Source: a bacterium
GTDB taxonomy: Bacteria > SM23-31
Assembly (NCBI GenBank): GCA_965249485.1
Contig: OZ252239.1
Span: 3,008,001-3,072,000 of the forward strand
Length of the DNA stretch: 64,000 bases
Direction: 5' to 3'
This document shows positions 55,247 to 64,000 of the stretch, in pieces (positions within the stretch are counted from its first letter, which is position 1; each line of letters opens with the position of its first letter). Position numbers and translations under genes: made by a program. The notes under the pieces were generated by a model that searched no databases, was not told the origin of the DNA, and saw nothing but the letters and a program-made list of their open reading frames with translations.

Positions 55247-56908
55247 TCAGGCAGTATTTTTCATGACTGCCTGGACATTTCCAATACTTTGTTTAATTAC
55301 TGTATCATGTTTAAAATATTTATTATCGATTTCAGGGTAGTCGGTTGTAAAATGGAGTCCTCTGCTCTCTTTTCTCATAATTGCACAAGTGACAATCATC
55401 GAGGAGACCGTAGCAAGATTTCTTAATTCGAGCAACTCCTCACTGATTTTTGTTTTACGGTAAAATTCCTCCACTTCATGAAGAATCATTTTTATTCGTT
55501 TTTCGGCCCTATTTAGACGAAAATCAGACCGCACAATACCAACATAGTCCCACATCAAATTGCGGATTTCATGCTTATCGTGCTTGATAAGTACCCACTC
55601 ATCATTGTTAATGGTTCCGGAATCATTCCACTCGGGAATTACCCGCGGCGGTTCTTTGAGAAGCTTTAATTTATTTGTTGCTTTTAATGCGGACCTATGG
55701 GAATATACAAGTGCTTCGAGCAGAGAGTTGCTGGCAAGTCTGTTTGCACCATGAACACCGGTATGAGCAACCTCTCCGCAGACATACATATTTCCAATCG
55801 ATGTTTTGCCGTAAAGATCAGTCACAATCCCGCCGCATAAATAGTGTGCAGCAGGAACAACTGGAATCGGTTCTCTGCTAATATCCAGCTTATACTCTTT
55901 ACATTTTGAATAGATCTGCGGAAATTTCTCAACAATATTCTTATCGCCAATAGACGAAAGGTCAAGATAAACACATTCGTCACCGGAGCGTTTGAGCTCG
56001 GAGTCAATTGCCCTTGCTACGATGTCTCTCGGCGCAAGTTCTGCTCTCTTATCAAAAGTGGTCATAAACCGGTCACCATTTTTATTACGCAAGACAGCAC
56101 CTGCTCCACGGACCGCTTCCGATATCAGAAAAGATTTTGCTTTAGGATGATACAGTGTCGTTGGATGAAACTGCATAAACTCAAGATTCGCAAGGGTGGC
56201 ACCAGCACGGTATGCCATTGCAAGCCCATCTCCAGTTGCTATACTTGGATTAGTCGTATGGAGATAAACCTGACCTGCTCCTCCGGTAGCAAGCAGTGTT
56301 ATTTTTGCGGCAAATACGTCAACTGTGCAGGAAATCCTGTCAAAAGCATAGGCACCGTAACAATTTATTTTTTTTGATTGCTTATGTGGTTCTACCTGAT
56401 GTTCAGTTATTAAATCAATTGCACTGTGATCTTCAAAAAGCTCAATATTGGGATTATTTCGTGCTGTTTCGACCAGTATCCGCTCGATTTCGTTTCCGGT
56501 ATAATCCCGCGCATGGACAATTCTCTTTCTGGAGTGTCCTCCTTCAATTCCGAGATCAAAATACTGTCCATCTTCCTCAAGAGTAAACTGTGCACCAAAA
56601 TCAACAAGCTCCCGTATCCGGTCCGGACCTTCATGAACCATGATTTTAACCGCTTCCCGGTTCGATATGCCGGCTCCAGTTGATAAGGTATCTTTGATAT
56701 GGAGATCAAATGAATCATCTTCACCAAAAACAGAGGCAACGCCACCCTGCGCATAGTTTGTATTTGATTCAATGTCATTTTTTTTCGTAACAATCGCTAC
56801 TGTTCCGAATAGAGCGGCCTTTAATGCAAAAGTCAGACCTGCAATTCCACTCCCCAATACTAGGAAATCAATATCTTTGCGCGCCACCGTTTTAACCTTA
56901 TTCGCCAA
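55247..56908 (-). CDS. nadB: L-aspartate oxidase
   Basis: GSGIAG, YAQGG, EGGHS..RI.H, QFHPT, GVHGANRLASNSLLE. Confidence 0.96.
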   Translation of the reverse strand: MANKVKTVARKDIDFLVLGSGIAGLTFALKAALFGTVAIVTKKNDIESNTNYAQGGVASVFGEDDSFDLHIKDTLSTGAGISNREAVKIMVHEGPDRIRELVDFGAQFTLEEDGQYFDLGIEGGHSRKRIVHARDYTGNEIERILVETARNNPNIELFEDHSAIDLITEHQVEPHKQSKKINCYGAYAFDRISCTVDVFAAKITLLATGGAGQVYLHTTNPSIATGDGLAMAYRAGATLANLEFMQFHPTTLYHPKAKSFLISEAVRGAGAVLRNKNGDRFMTTFDKRAELAPRDIVARAIDSELKRSGDECVYLDLSSIGDKNIVEKFPQIYSKCKEYKLDISREPIPVVPAAHYLCGGIVTDLYGKTSIGNMYVCGEVAHTGVHGANRLASNSLLEALVYSHRSALKATNKLKLLKEPPRVIPEWNDSGTINNDEWVLIKHDKHEIRNLMWDYVGIVRSDFRLNRAEKRIKMILHEVEEFYRKTKISEELLELRNLATVSSMIVTCAIMRKESRGLHFTTDYPEIDNKYFKHDTVIKQSIGNVQAVMKNTA

Positions 56909-56974
56909 CCAAATATTTAGTCAAAAACAATTTAATATTACCAATTTCTTCACAATATCCTCTATAATCTTGCA

Positions 56975-57187
56975 TTAATGACTTTTATTTTTCAGCGGGA
57001 CAAATGGACAAAGCCCTTGTGAAGAATCAAAAGCAAAACATAATTTATAATTTCCAAACGGTACTTCTCCGTATTTATCAGGTAGACAATCCAGATCCAA
57101 GTCTTTACACGGAATTTCTACCGGATTTGCCGGTTTGACTGTATATTCATTACCAATGTGTACAGGATAATTATGAGAATAAATCAT
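56975..57187 (-). CDS. small Cys-containing hypothetical protein
   Basis: 70-aa ORF co-oriented between rlmD and nadB, 4 Cys, CPF motif. Confidence 0.5.
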   Translation of the reverse strand: MIYSHNYPVHIGNEYTVKPANPVEIPCKDLDLDCLPDKYGEVPFGNYKLCFAFDSSQGLCPFVPLKNKSH

Positions 57188-57267
57188 GACAATTCAAATT
57201 TCAATATCGTTATAATTTACTATTTTTTTGTGAGTATTCAAACTTAAAATCTCCAACTCATCGGAAT

Positions 57268-58695
57268 TTAATCCCTGAGCAATATTGTCACTGATTCCAC
57301 ATGCGCTGTCTGAGGAAACATATCCACCGGAATAATTTTATCAATAGAATAGCCGTCACTTAAAATCTTTACATCTCTCGCAAGTGTCGAGGGATTGCAA
57401 GACACATATATGATCCTCGATGCCCCCAATTGCATCACCCGCTCTGTCGACTTCGGATCTAAACCACTGCGTGGCGGATCAACAATAACAATATCGGGTT
57501 TCCCAAATTGTTCAAATAAGTGATCAGGATATTTAATGAGGCTCCGTACTTTTCCCTGAATGAAATGACAATTATCGATATTGTTCAGGTGAGCATTTGC
57601 TACTGCACTTTCAACAGAGGCAGGGTTGAGTTCCAATCCAACGATTTTTTTTGCGTGACGAGCAAGAAACAGTGATATTGTACCTGCCCCTGAATAGAGG
57701 TCGTAAACCACTTCATTACCGGTAAGCTTGCATGCTTGCATTACCAAATTATAAAGATTTTCCATCTGCCGTGAATTAACCTGAAAAAAAATATCGCAGT
57801 CTATTGCAAATTTTAATGTGCCGACCTGCTCATAAATTTCATCCTCGCCATAGACCTTTCTAATTGAATCCCAGACGGAAGCTTGAGATTTTCCCGAGTG
57901 TTCCGCGTGATAGATTGATACAATTTCCGGAACCGACTTCTGAACTGCTTGGCAAAGTGAGTCGATGTATTGTTTTTGCTCAAGACTGCATTCGTTTGTT
58001 ATTAGATTGATGAGCACATCACCGGCAGATTTTGCTTCCCGTATTACAAGAAATCTCCAAAATCCATTATGCTTACGAATATTGTATGCAGGATAACCGC
58101 TTTCCTGAGCAAATTTTCGCACTAAGCGTAAAATTCTGTTACTTGCATAGGATTGGAGGTAGCAAGTCTTTACAGGTATAATCGTATCAAACCTGCCCGG
58201 TAGGTGCAAACCCAGGTCAACCGCTCCGCTGACAATCTTCTTTGAATCAAAATCCCACACTCTATCGCTGAATGAATACTCCATTTTATTTCTGTAAAAA
58301 TACTCGTCGGGTGACGGTACCGTATCATCAATGGTGCACTGCTCAATTCCCCCTATTCGCTCAAGAGAATCCTGAATCCAGCTTTTCTTTATATTAAGCT
58401 GTTCTTTATAGTTTACATTCTGCAATGAACAACCTCCGCAGACAAAGAAGTGGCTGCATTGTGGTTCTCTTTGAATCGGTGAAGATCTTAGAACATCAAC
58501 GACCCGAGCCTCAGCATAGTCTTTACGGTTTTTGAAAATGTTCACCGAAACACATTGTCCCGCAACGCCATTTTCGACAAAAACAACTTTCCCATCGATC
58601 CTTCCAACTCCTCTTCCACCGACTGCCATACCGGTTATTTCAATTTCGGACAGTTCGGCAATAATCTCAGTTGTGCGATTTGCTTCATTGTTCAC
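57268..58695 (-). CDS. rlmD: 23S rRNA m5U1939 methyltransferase
   Basis: TRAM domain, CGGC, FFQVN, DLYSGAG, DPPR, YVSCNP, DMFPQT.HVE. Confidence 0.95.
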   Translation of the reverse strand: MNNEANRTTEIIAELSEIEITGMAVGGRGVGRIDGKVVFVENGVAGQCVSVNIFKNRKDYAEARVVDVLRSSPIQREPQCSHFFVCGGCSLQNVNYKEQLNIKKSWIQDSLERIGGIEQCTIDDTVPSPDEYFYRNKMEYSFSDRVWDFDSKKIVSGAVDLGLHLPGRFDTIIPVKTCYLQSYASNRILRLVRKFAQESGYPAYNIRKHNGFWRFLVIREAKSAGDVLINLITNECSLEQKQYIDSLCQAVQKSVPEIVSIYHAEHSGKSQASVWDSIRKVYGEDEIYEQVGTLKFAIDCDIFFQVNSRQMENLYNLVMQACKLTGNEVVYDLYSGAGTISLFLARHAKKIVGLELNPASVESAVANAHLNNIDNCHFIQGKVRSLIKYPDHLFEQFGKPDIVIVDPPRSGLDPKSTERVMQLGASRIIYVSCNPSTLARDVKILSDGYSIDKIIPVDMFPQTAHVESVTILLRD

Positions 58696-58849
58696 GTTAA
58701 TTTACATGCCCCTATAATGTGAAACTTAGTAAATATGTGTTACAAAAAATCCGCTTTTCTGATGCATAACTTTGTAAGATTTCAAAAGTACGTAATTAAT
58801 AATGACAAAACTCTTTTATTAATTCAGAGTTTCATGTACTCTTTTGATT

Positions 58850-60265
58850 TTAGCTAATGGCATCAAAGCGGATGTCAAATTCTTTTAATTTTCGGTAGAG
58901 CCGTGCACGTGTTATCGCAAGCAGACGGGCAGTGCTCGATATATTCCCTTCATTTACAGATAAAGCATTTTCAATTGCATGCTTTTCAACTTGTTTGAGC
59001 GGAATAACAGACTGTTTATATGATTCCTCACTATAATCTTTCAATTCTGTTTCTGCAGGTTCCGCATCTTTTAAGAGTGCATTTCCATCCAGATGATTAA
59101 ATTCCTCGATTGTCAATACTTTACCCGGACAGTTGAGTATCGCCCGTTCCATAACATTTTCAAGCTCTCTGATATTACCCGGCCACGGATATTGTTTTAA
59201 TCTCTCCATTGTCGTTTCAGTAATACTCACAACTTCTTTGTTATTCCGCTCACTTATTTCCTTTAGAAATAAGAATACCAGAAGTGGAATATCTTCTACA
59301 CGTTGTCTCAATGGTGGAAGATTAATCGGATACACATTTATCCTGTAAAATAGATCTTCACGGAACCTGCCTTCTTTAACTTCTTCCTCGAGAATTTTAT
59401 TGGTTGCTGTAATAATTCTCACATCAACTTTAATCGTCGTGTTGCCGCCGACCCACTCAAACTCCTGTTCTTCAAGGACCCGCAGAATTTTTGACTGCAT
59501 ATACACTGACATTTCTGCTATCTCATCAAGGAAGATCGTTCCTTTATCAGCAAGTTCAAATTTGCCGATGCGCTTGCTGATGGCTCCTGAAAATGAGCCT
59601 TTTTCATGGCCGAAGAGTTCTGATTCGAGAAGGTTTTCGGGTATTGCCGCACAGTTGATAACAATAAGAGGATTATTACGCCGCAGGCTATTATGATAAA
59701 TAACCCGTGCAAGTAGCTCTTTACCTGTTCCGCTCTCACCGGAAATAAATACTGTAACATTGCTTTTGGAAATATTATGGACAGCGTGAAAAACTTTCCA
59801 CATTTCATCACAATCACCAATAATATTATCCAGACCAAAAGTATTTTTTATCTTGTCGCGCAAAGACGCAACATGGAAATGGTAGGCTTCTGAAAAGAGG
59901 AGATTTTGAACTTTGGCCTGAAGTTCGTCTGCATCAACCGGATGTGTTATATAATCATAAGTGCCCGCGTTTATAACCGCCTTGCTTGTTTCTGCATCTA
60001 CTTTACTCACAATGGTTATAATCGGGACATCGGGAGCACTGTCGTGAACGATCTTAATAAGTTCTTCTCCAGATATTAGCGGCAGATTAAAATCAAGGAT
60101 AAACAGGTTAGCTTTGAGATTTCTGAGTTTTTTTAATAGGCCATATGACTCTTGTAAGATCGAAAATTCCACAGGAAAATCCGTCTTCAAAGAGCGGATT
60201 TTCTTGAGCGCTGCCTTGTCATGTGATACAACAATTATCTTTTTTTTTGTTTCGTTTTGGGACAT
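58850..60265 (-). CDS. sigma54-type enhancer-binding protein with atypical receiver and Fis HTH
   Basis: GESGTGKE, ESELFGHEKGSFSGA, FLDEI, FREDLFYR, WPGNIREL. Confidence 0.92.
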   Translation of the reverse strand: MSQNETKKKIIVVSHDKAALKKIRSLKTDFPVEFSILQESYGLLKKLRNLKANLFILDFNLPLISGEELIKIVHDSAPDVPIITIVSKVDAETSKAVINAGTYDYITHPVDADELQAKVQNLLFSEAYHFHVASLRDKIKNTFGLDNIIGDCDEMWKVFHAVHNISKSNVTVFISGESGTGKELLARVIYHNSLRRNNPLIVINCAAIPENLLESELFGHEKGSFSGAISKRIGKFELADKGTIFLDEIAEMSVYMQSKILRVLEEQEFEWVGGNTTIKVDVRIITATNKILEEEVKEGRFREDLFYRINVYPINLPPLRQRVEDIPLLVFLFLKEISERNNKEVVSITETTMERLKQYPWPGNIRELENVMERAILNCPGKVLTIEEFNHLDGNALLKDAEPAETELKDYSEESYKQSVIPLKQVEKHAIENALSVNEGNISSTARLLAITRARLYRKLKEFDIRFDAIS

Positions 60266-61967
60266 TATACAACAGCCTGTGTTGAATTCATGACTTCTTC
60301 AACCGTTGTCAATCCATTCAGTGCTTTGAGGAGGCCATCCTGGCGCAGTGATTTCATTCCATTTTTCATGGCGTAGTCGCGAACATCTAATGGCGATTTT
60401 CTTTCAAGTATCATATATCGAATTTCATCATCGACCGTGAGAAACTCAAAGATTGCCAAACGTCCTTTGTATCCGGATTCCTTACAGCTTCTACACCCTT
60501 TCCCCTTATAAAAGGTATACTTTTTCTTGGACTGAAGACGCAATTCTTTTACCAGTACATCGGAAGCTTCATAAGAAGTTTTACAATTTGTACAGACTTT
60601 CCGGACTAGTCGCTGAGCTACAACACACGTAAGTGATGATGAAACCAGAAACGGCTCAACATCCATATCAACAAGTCTGGTTACGGCTCCAGAAGCATCG
60701 TTAGTGTGGAGTGTGCTTAAAACCAAATGTCCCGTAAGCGCGGCCTGCACAGCACGGAAGCTGTTTCAGAGTCACGAATCTCACCGACCATGATAATATC
60801 GGGGTCCTGCCGCAATATTGAGCGGAGCCCTGCTGCAAAGGTCATACCTATTTTACTATTAACCTGTGATTGGCGAATGATTTTCAACCGGTATTCAATC
60901 GGGTCTTCAATAGTAATAATGTTTTTAGATAGATCATTTATCGAATGTAGCGCGGAATAAAGCGTCGTCGTTTTTCCGCTCCCGGTTGGTCCCGTGACAA
61001 GAATTATTCCATAAGGACTATGAAGGTTTTTTTCAAATTCCTTCTGAGTCTTCGGTGTGAAGCCAATGTGATCAAGATTGACGATGAGATTTGTTTTGTC
61101 TAAAATCCTCATGACAATGTTTTCACCCATCGCAGTAGGAATTGTAGACACACGAATATCGACATCGTGATTATCAACTCGAATCTGAAACCGTCCGTCC
61201 TGCGGGAGCCTTCGCTCAGCAATATTTAATTCGGACATGATTTTTATACGTGAGGCGATAGCATATTGCAGATGCTTTGGCTGAACGAATACTTCACGCA
61301 GCATACCGTCAACCCGGAATCGAACCCGAAGCAGATCTTCTTCGGGTTCAACATGGATATCGCTAGCTTTGTCTTTGATCGCCTGAGAAAAAATCAGATT
61401 AACGAGACGTATGATAGGCGCTTCTTCACCTGTCGCATCAGCAGTAAGAACATCATCACCGGCATAAAGTTCATCAGAGACTTTTTCATCCTGAATAAAT
61501 TGAACGACTTCATCCATTTTACCACTTGTCCCGTAATAGACGTCAAGTGCGCTATTCAAGTCTTCTTCAGTGCAGACTGCTGCCTCGATTTCGAGATTAA
61601 GCTTTTGGCCTAACTCATCGAGCGTAAATACGTCAAGCGGATCCACCATGGCAATTGTCAATGTATCGTTCAATTGGAACAATGGTAGTATTTTTTTCAT
61701 CCTGGCAAAATTTTCATCAATATGTGCCAGCGACTCCGTATCAATATGGTACATGCCAAGCGACAGAGATGGTAGTTCAAGTTGCTCACTGAGGGCTTCC
61801 ATGATTTTAACCTGAGTTGTAAATCCCAATTGGATGAGGGCTTTACCCAATTGCATTCCCTTTTGCTTTTGAAGCTGTAATCCCTTTTTCAGATGATCTT
61901 CATTAATAGCTCCAACCGATACCAGCAGATCACCTATTTTAAGTCTACCCCCCTTTTGCACGGTCAC
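60265..61967 (-). pseudogene. pilB: type IV pilus / T2SS ATPase PilB/GspE, -1 frameshift near 60754
   Basis: GPTGSGKTTT, EDPIE, LRQDPD, GEIRD in one frame; [14 protein letters not shown] and Zn-binding Cys in the next; one added base gives 567 aa. Confidence 0.9.
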
Positions 61968-62098
61968 TCTCCTTATGGTTTACTATTTTATCCGAGAATT
62001 CAGGATCAATTGAGTTTTCAAAATTAATAAAATACATGATTAATATAAGTATTAGCTTAAATATATGAAAATTGTTTATCACCTAATATTGAATTTTC

Positions 62099-62905
62099 TT
62101 AGGTCATGAAAAACCAAGCAATATATATGTCCGAAATAATATCACCAAAAAGCAAACCTACCACAGCTCCAATAGCAAGATATGGTCCAAACGGGATTAC
62201 ACCTTTTGGCAATTTCCCTTTAATAAGCATCCTGCCGCCTTCAAACAATGCCGCGCATAAAAATGCAGAAAACAAGCCGACAACAATGTTTTGTATACCT
62301 AGAATCAGTCCCATCATAAATCCTAATTTTATATCGCCACCACCCATGCTCTCTCTTTTAAAAATCCGAGATCCGGCAACAGAAGATAAAAACAAAAATC
62401 CGCCGCCAATAAGTGCTCCAATCACCATATCCAACCAATTGGACAGTTGGGATAGCAAGCCAAATAATACTCCACTAACAACGCCTGCTATAACTAATGA
62501 ATCGGGTATTATTTGGAATTCTAGATCTATGAAAAATATCGCTATCAACAAATATATAAAGATTATCGATTCAATTCCTATCAATGTTAAACCATGCCAC
62601 TGAAACACTAAGAGTGTCAATAAACCGGTAATAAATTCAACAATGAAATAGCGTTTTGAGATATTAGAATGACAGAATCTACATTTGCCTCGTAATAGTA
62701 AAAAACTCAGTATAGGCACCATGTCGATTACACTGAGTTTTTTGCTGCAAGCAGGACATTGAGATTGAGGAAAAATAATCGAAATATTTCTCGGGATTCG
62801 ATAGATACAAACATTCAGAAAACTTCCAATCGAAGCGCCAAAGAGGAAAACAAAGGTCACGGTAATTTCGCCTATCCCGAAATACGCCATTATGCTATGT
62901 AACAT
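62099..62905 (-). CDS. pilD: prepilin peptidase
   Basis: GSFLNVCIYRIP, two CxxC pairs, MGGGDIKL, IPFGPYL. Confidence 0.95.
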   Translation of the reverse strand: MLHSIMAYFGIGEITVTFVFLFGASIGSFLNVCIYRIPRNISIIFPQSQCPACSKKLSVIDMVPILSFLLLRGKCRFCHSNISKRYFIVEFITGLLTLLVFQWHGLTLIGIESIIFIYLLIAIFFIDLEFQIIPDSLVIAGVVSGVLFGLLSQLSNWLDMVIGALIGGGFLFLSSVAGSRIFKRESMGGGDIKLGFMMGLILGIQNIVVGLFSAFLCAALFEGGRMLIKGKLPKGVIPFGPYLAIGAVVGLLFGDIISDIYIAWFFMT

Positions 62906-63275
62906 CAGAATTTAACAATTTCTCAAGAGACTCAACCAACTGATCCGTATTTAATGGCTTTGTAAAAAACAAATCACACCCTGTTGCCTCCCCCAATCTC
63001 TTATCTTCTGTCTCAGTTCGTGCCGTTATCATAACAATCGGAATATGTTTATATGAGTCATCGTACTTCAGTAATCTACAGACTTTAAATCCGTTTATCT
63101 TTGGAATCATGACGTCAAGAATAATCAAATCAGGATTATCCTTCCGGGCAATATTCAGTCCGTCAAATCCGTCATGCGCTGTTAACACTTCGTATCCCTC
63201 TGATTCCAGACGTGTTTGCAGGGCTTTTAGAAAATCGAATTCATCCTCGACTATTAAAATTCTTCGTTCGCTCAC
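62895..63275 (-). CDS. stand-alone response regulator
   Basis: IVEDE, ILDVMIP, TAR, TKP. Confidence 0.93.
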   Translation of the reverse strand: MSERRILIVEDEFDFLKALQTRLESEGYEVLTAHDGFDGLNIARKDNPDLIILDVMIPKINGFKVCRLLKYDDSYKHIPIVMITARTETEDKRLGEATGCDLFFTKPLNTDQLVESLEKLLNSDVT

Positions 63276-64000
63276 AGAATCACCTCGGCATTTTCTTGTT
63301 TCATCTGCAACGGTATGTTAATATGTATAGTAGTGCCTTTATTGAGCTCACTTGTTACTTTTACCGATCCTCCATGAAGGTCAACAAATTCTTTAATTAT
63401 TGACAAACCAAGGCCGGAACCATCTTCCCGGGCTCTCTCATTATCTTCTATTCTGTAAAATCTGTTGAAAATTTTTGGCAGGTCCTTTTTCGAAATACCC
63501 CGGCCGGAATCCTGAACCTCCAATTCTAGTGACGATCCATTACTTCGTACTTTTAAAATAACCGTTGATCCGTTTTCTGAAAATTTCTGAGCATTGTCAA
63601 AACAATTGAGTAGAATTTGAGTAATAGCATCCGGATCTGCATATATTTCATCAATATCCTCTTGGATTTCCAGCTTAAGATCAATATTTTTTTTCTTATA
63701 ATGAACCTCAGCACTTCGCACTACATTCTCAATTAAATCGTGAAGGTTGAAATATGAATTCCGTAATTTCATAATCCCTGCTTCAATAAGTGACATGTTA
63801 AGTAGGTTATTTATAATATTGTTAAGCCGCTCTAAATTATGTGACATAATATTCAGGTAATCCATTTGCGTTTTAGAAACTGGCCCGGCAATACCGTCTT
63901 TTATAATTGAAGCAAATTCTTTGAGCGTTGCAACAGGAGTACGCAGTTCATGAGACACATTAGATATAAATTCACTTTTAAGCCGCTCAACTTCCCGCTC
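63272..64000 (-). CDS. sensor histidine kinase (partial, runs off window)
   Basis: KSEFISNVSHELRTP H-box, N..DNA.KF, DSGRG, F.RFYR, GSGLGL. Confidence 0.95.
   Translation of the reverse strand, partial: EREVERLKSEFISNVSHELRTPVATLKEFASIIKDGIAGPVSKTQMDYLNIMSHNLERLNNIINNLLNMSLIEAGIMKLRNSYFNLHDLIENVVRSAEVHYKKKNIDLKLEIQEDIDEIYADPDAITQILLNCFDNAQKFSENGSTVILKVRSNGSSLELEVQDSGRGISKKDLPKIFNRFYRIEDNERAREDGSGLGLSIIKEFVDLHGGSVKVTSELNKGTTIHINIPLQMKQENAEVIL

Overview
A gene-dense, roughly 40% GC bacterial chromosome segment of a Gram-negative (diderm) organism. An FCB-superphylum affiliation (KSB1/Calditrichota-like) is inferred from the PorV/PorQ-family gene, homodimeric GlyRS, split gcvPA/PB and waaA/waaF. 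It is mostly housekeeping: groES/EL with a perfect CIRCE, accB/accC, gcvH/PA/PB, ligA, folE, rpoZ, glyS, recO, rsmA, kbl, tatC, nadB, rlmD and pilB/pilD, plus several peptidases/amidases. I saw no rRNA, tRNA, CRISPR array, transposase or phage. Main points of interest: (1) a LexA-headed mutagenesis cassette, lexA - SRPBCC - small ImuB-C/DUF6504-like protein - active Y-family polymerase, with candidate operators; (2) six interrupted accessory genes (4 frameshifts, 2 in-frame stops), one missed entirely by the ORF track; (3) two long perfect inverted repeats, one coinciding exactly with a frameshift, suggesting a template switch; (4) uncharacterised architectures: a 9x34-aa repeat protein, a HEAT/Ig-repeat lipoprotein, a Zn-finger-DUF2225-like protein and a catalytically dead cyclase homologue; (5) an HD-GYP gene wedged between accB and accC. 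All family calls are by motif recognition, with no database search.
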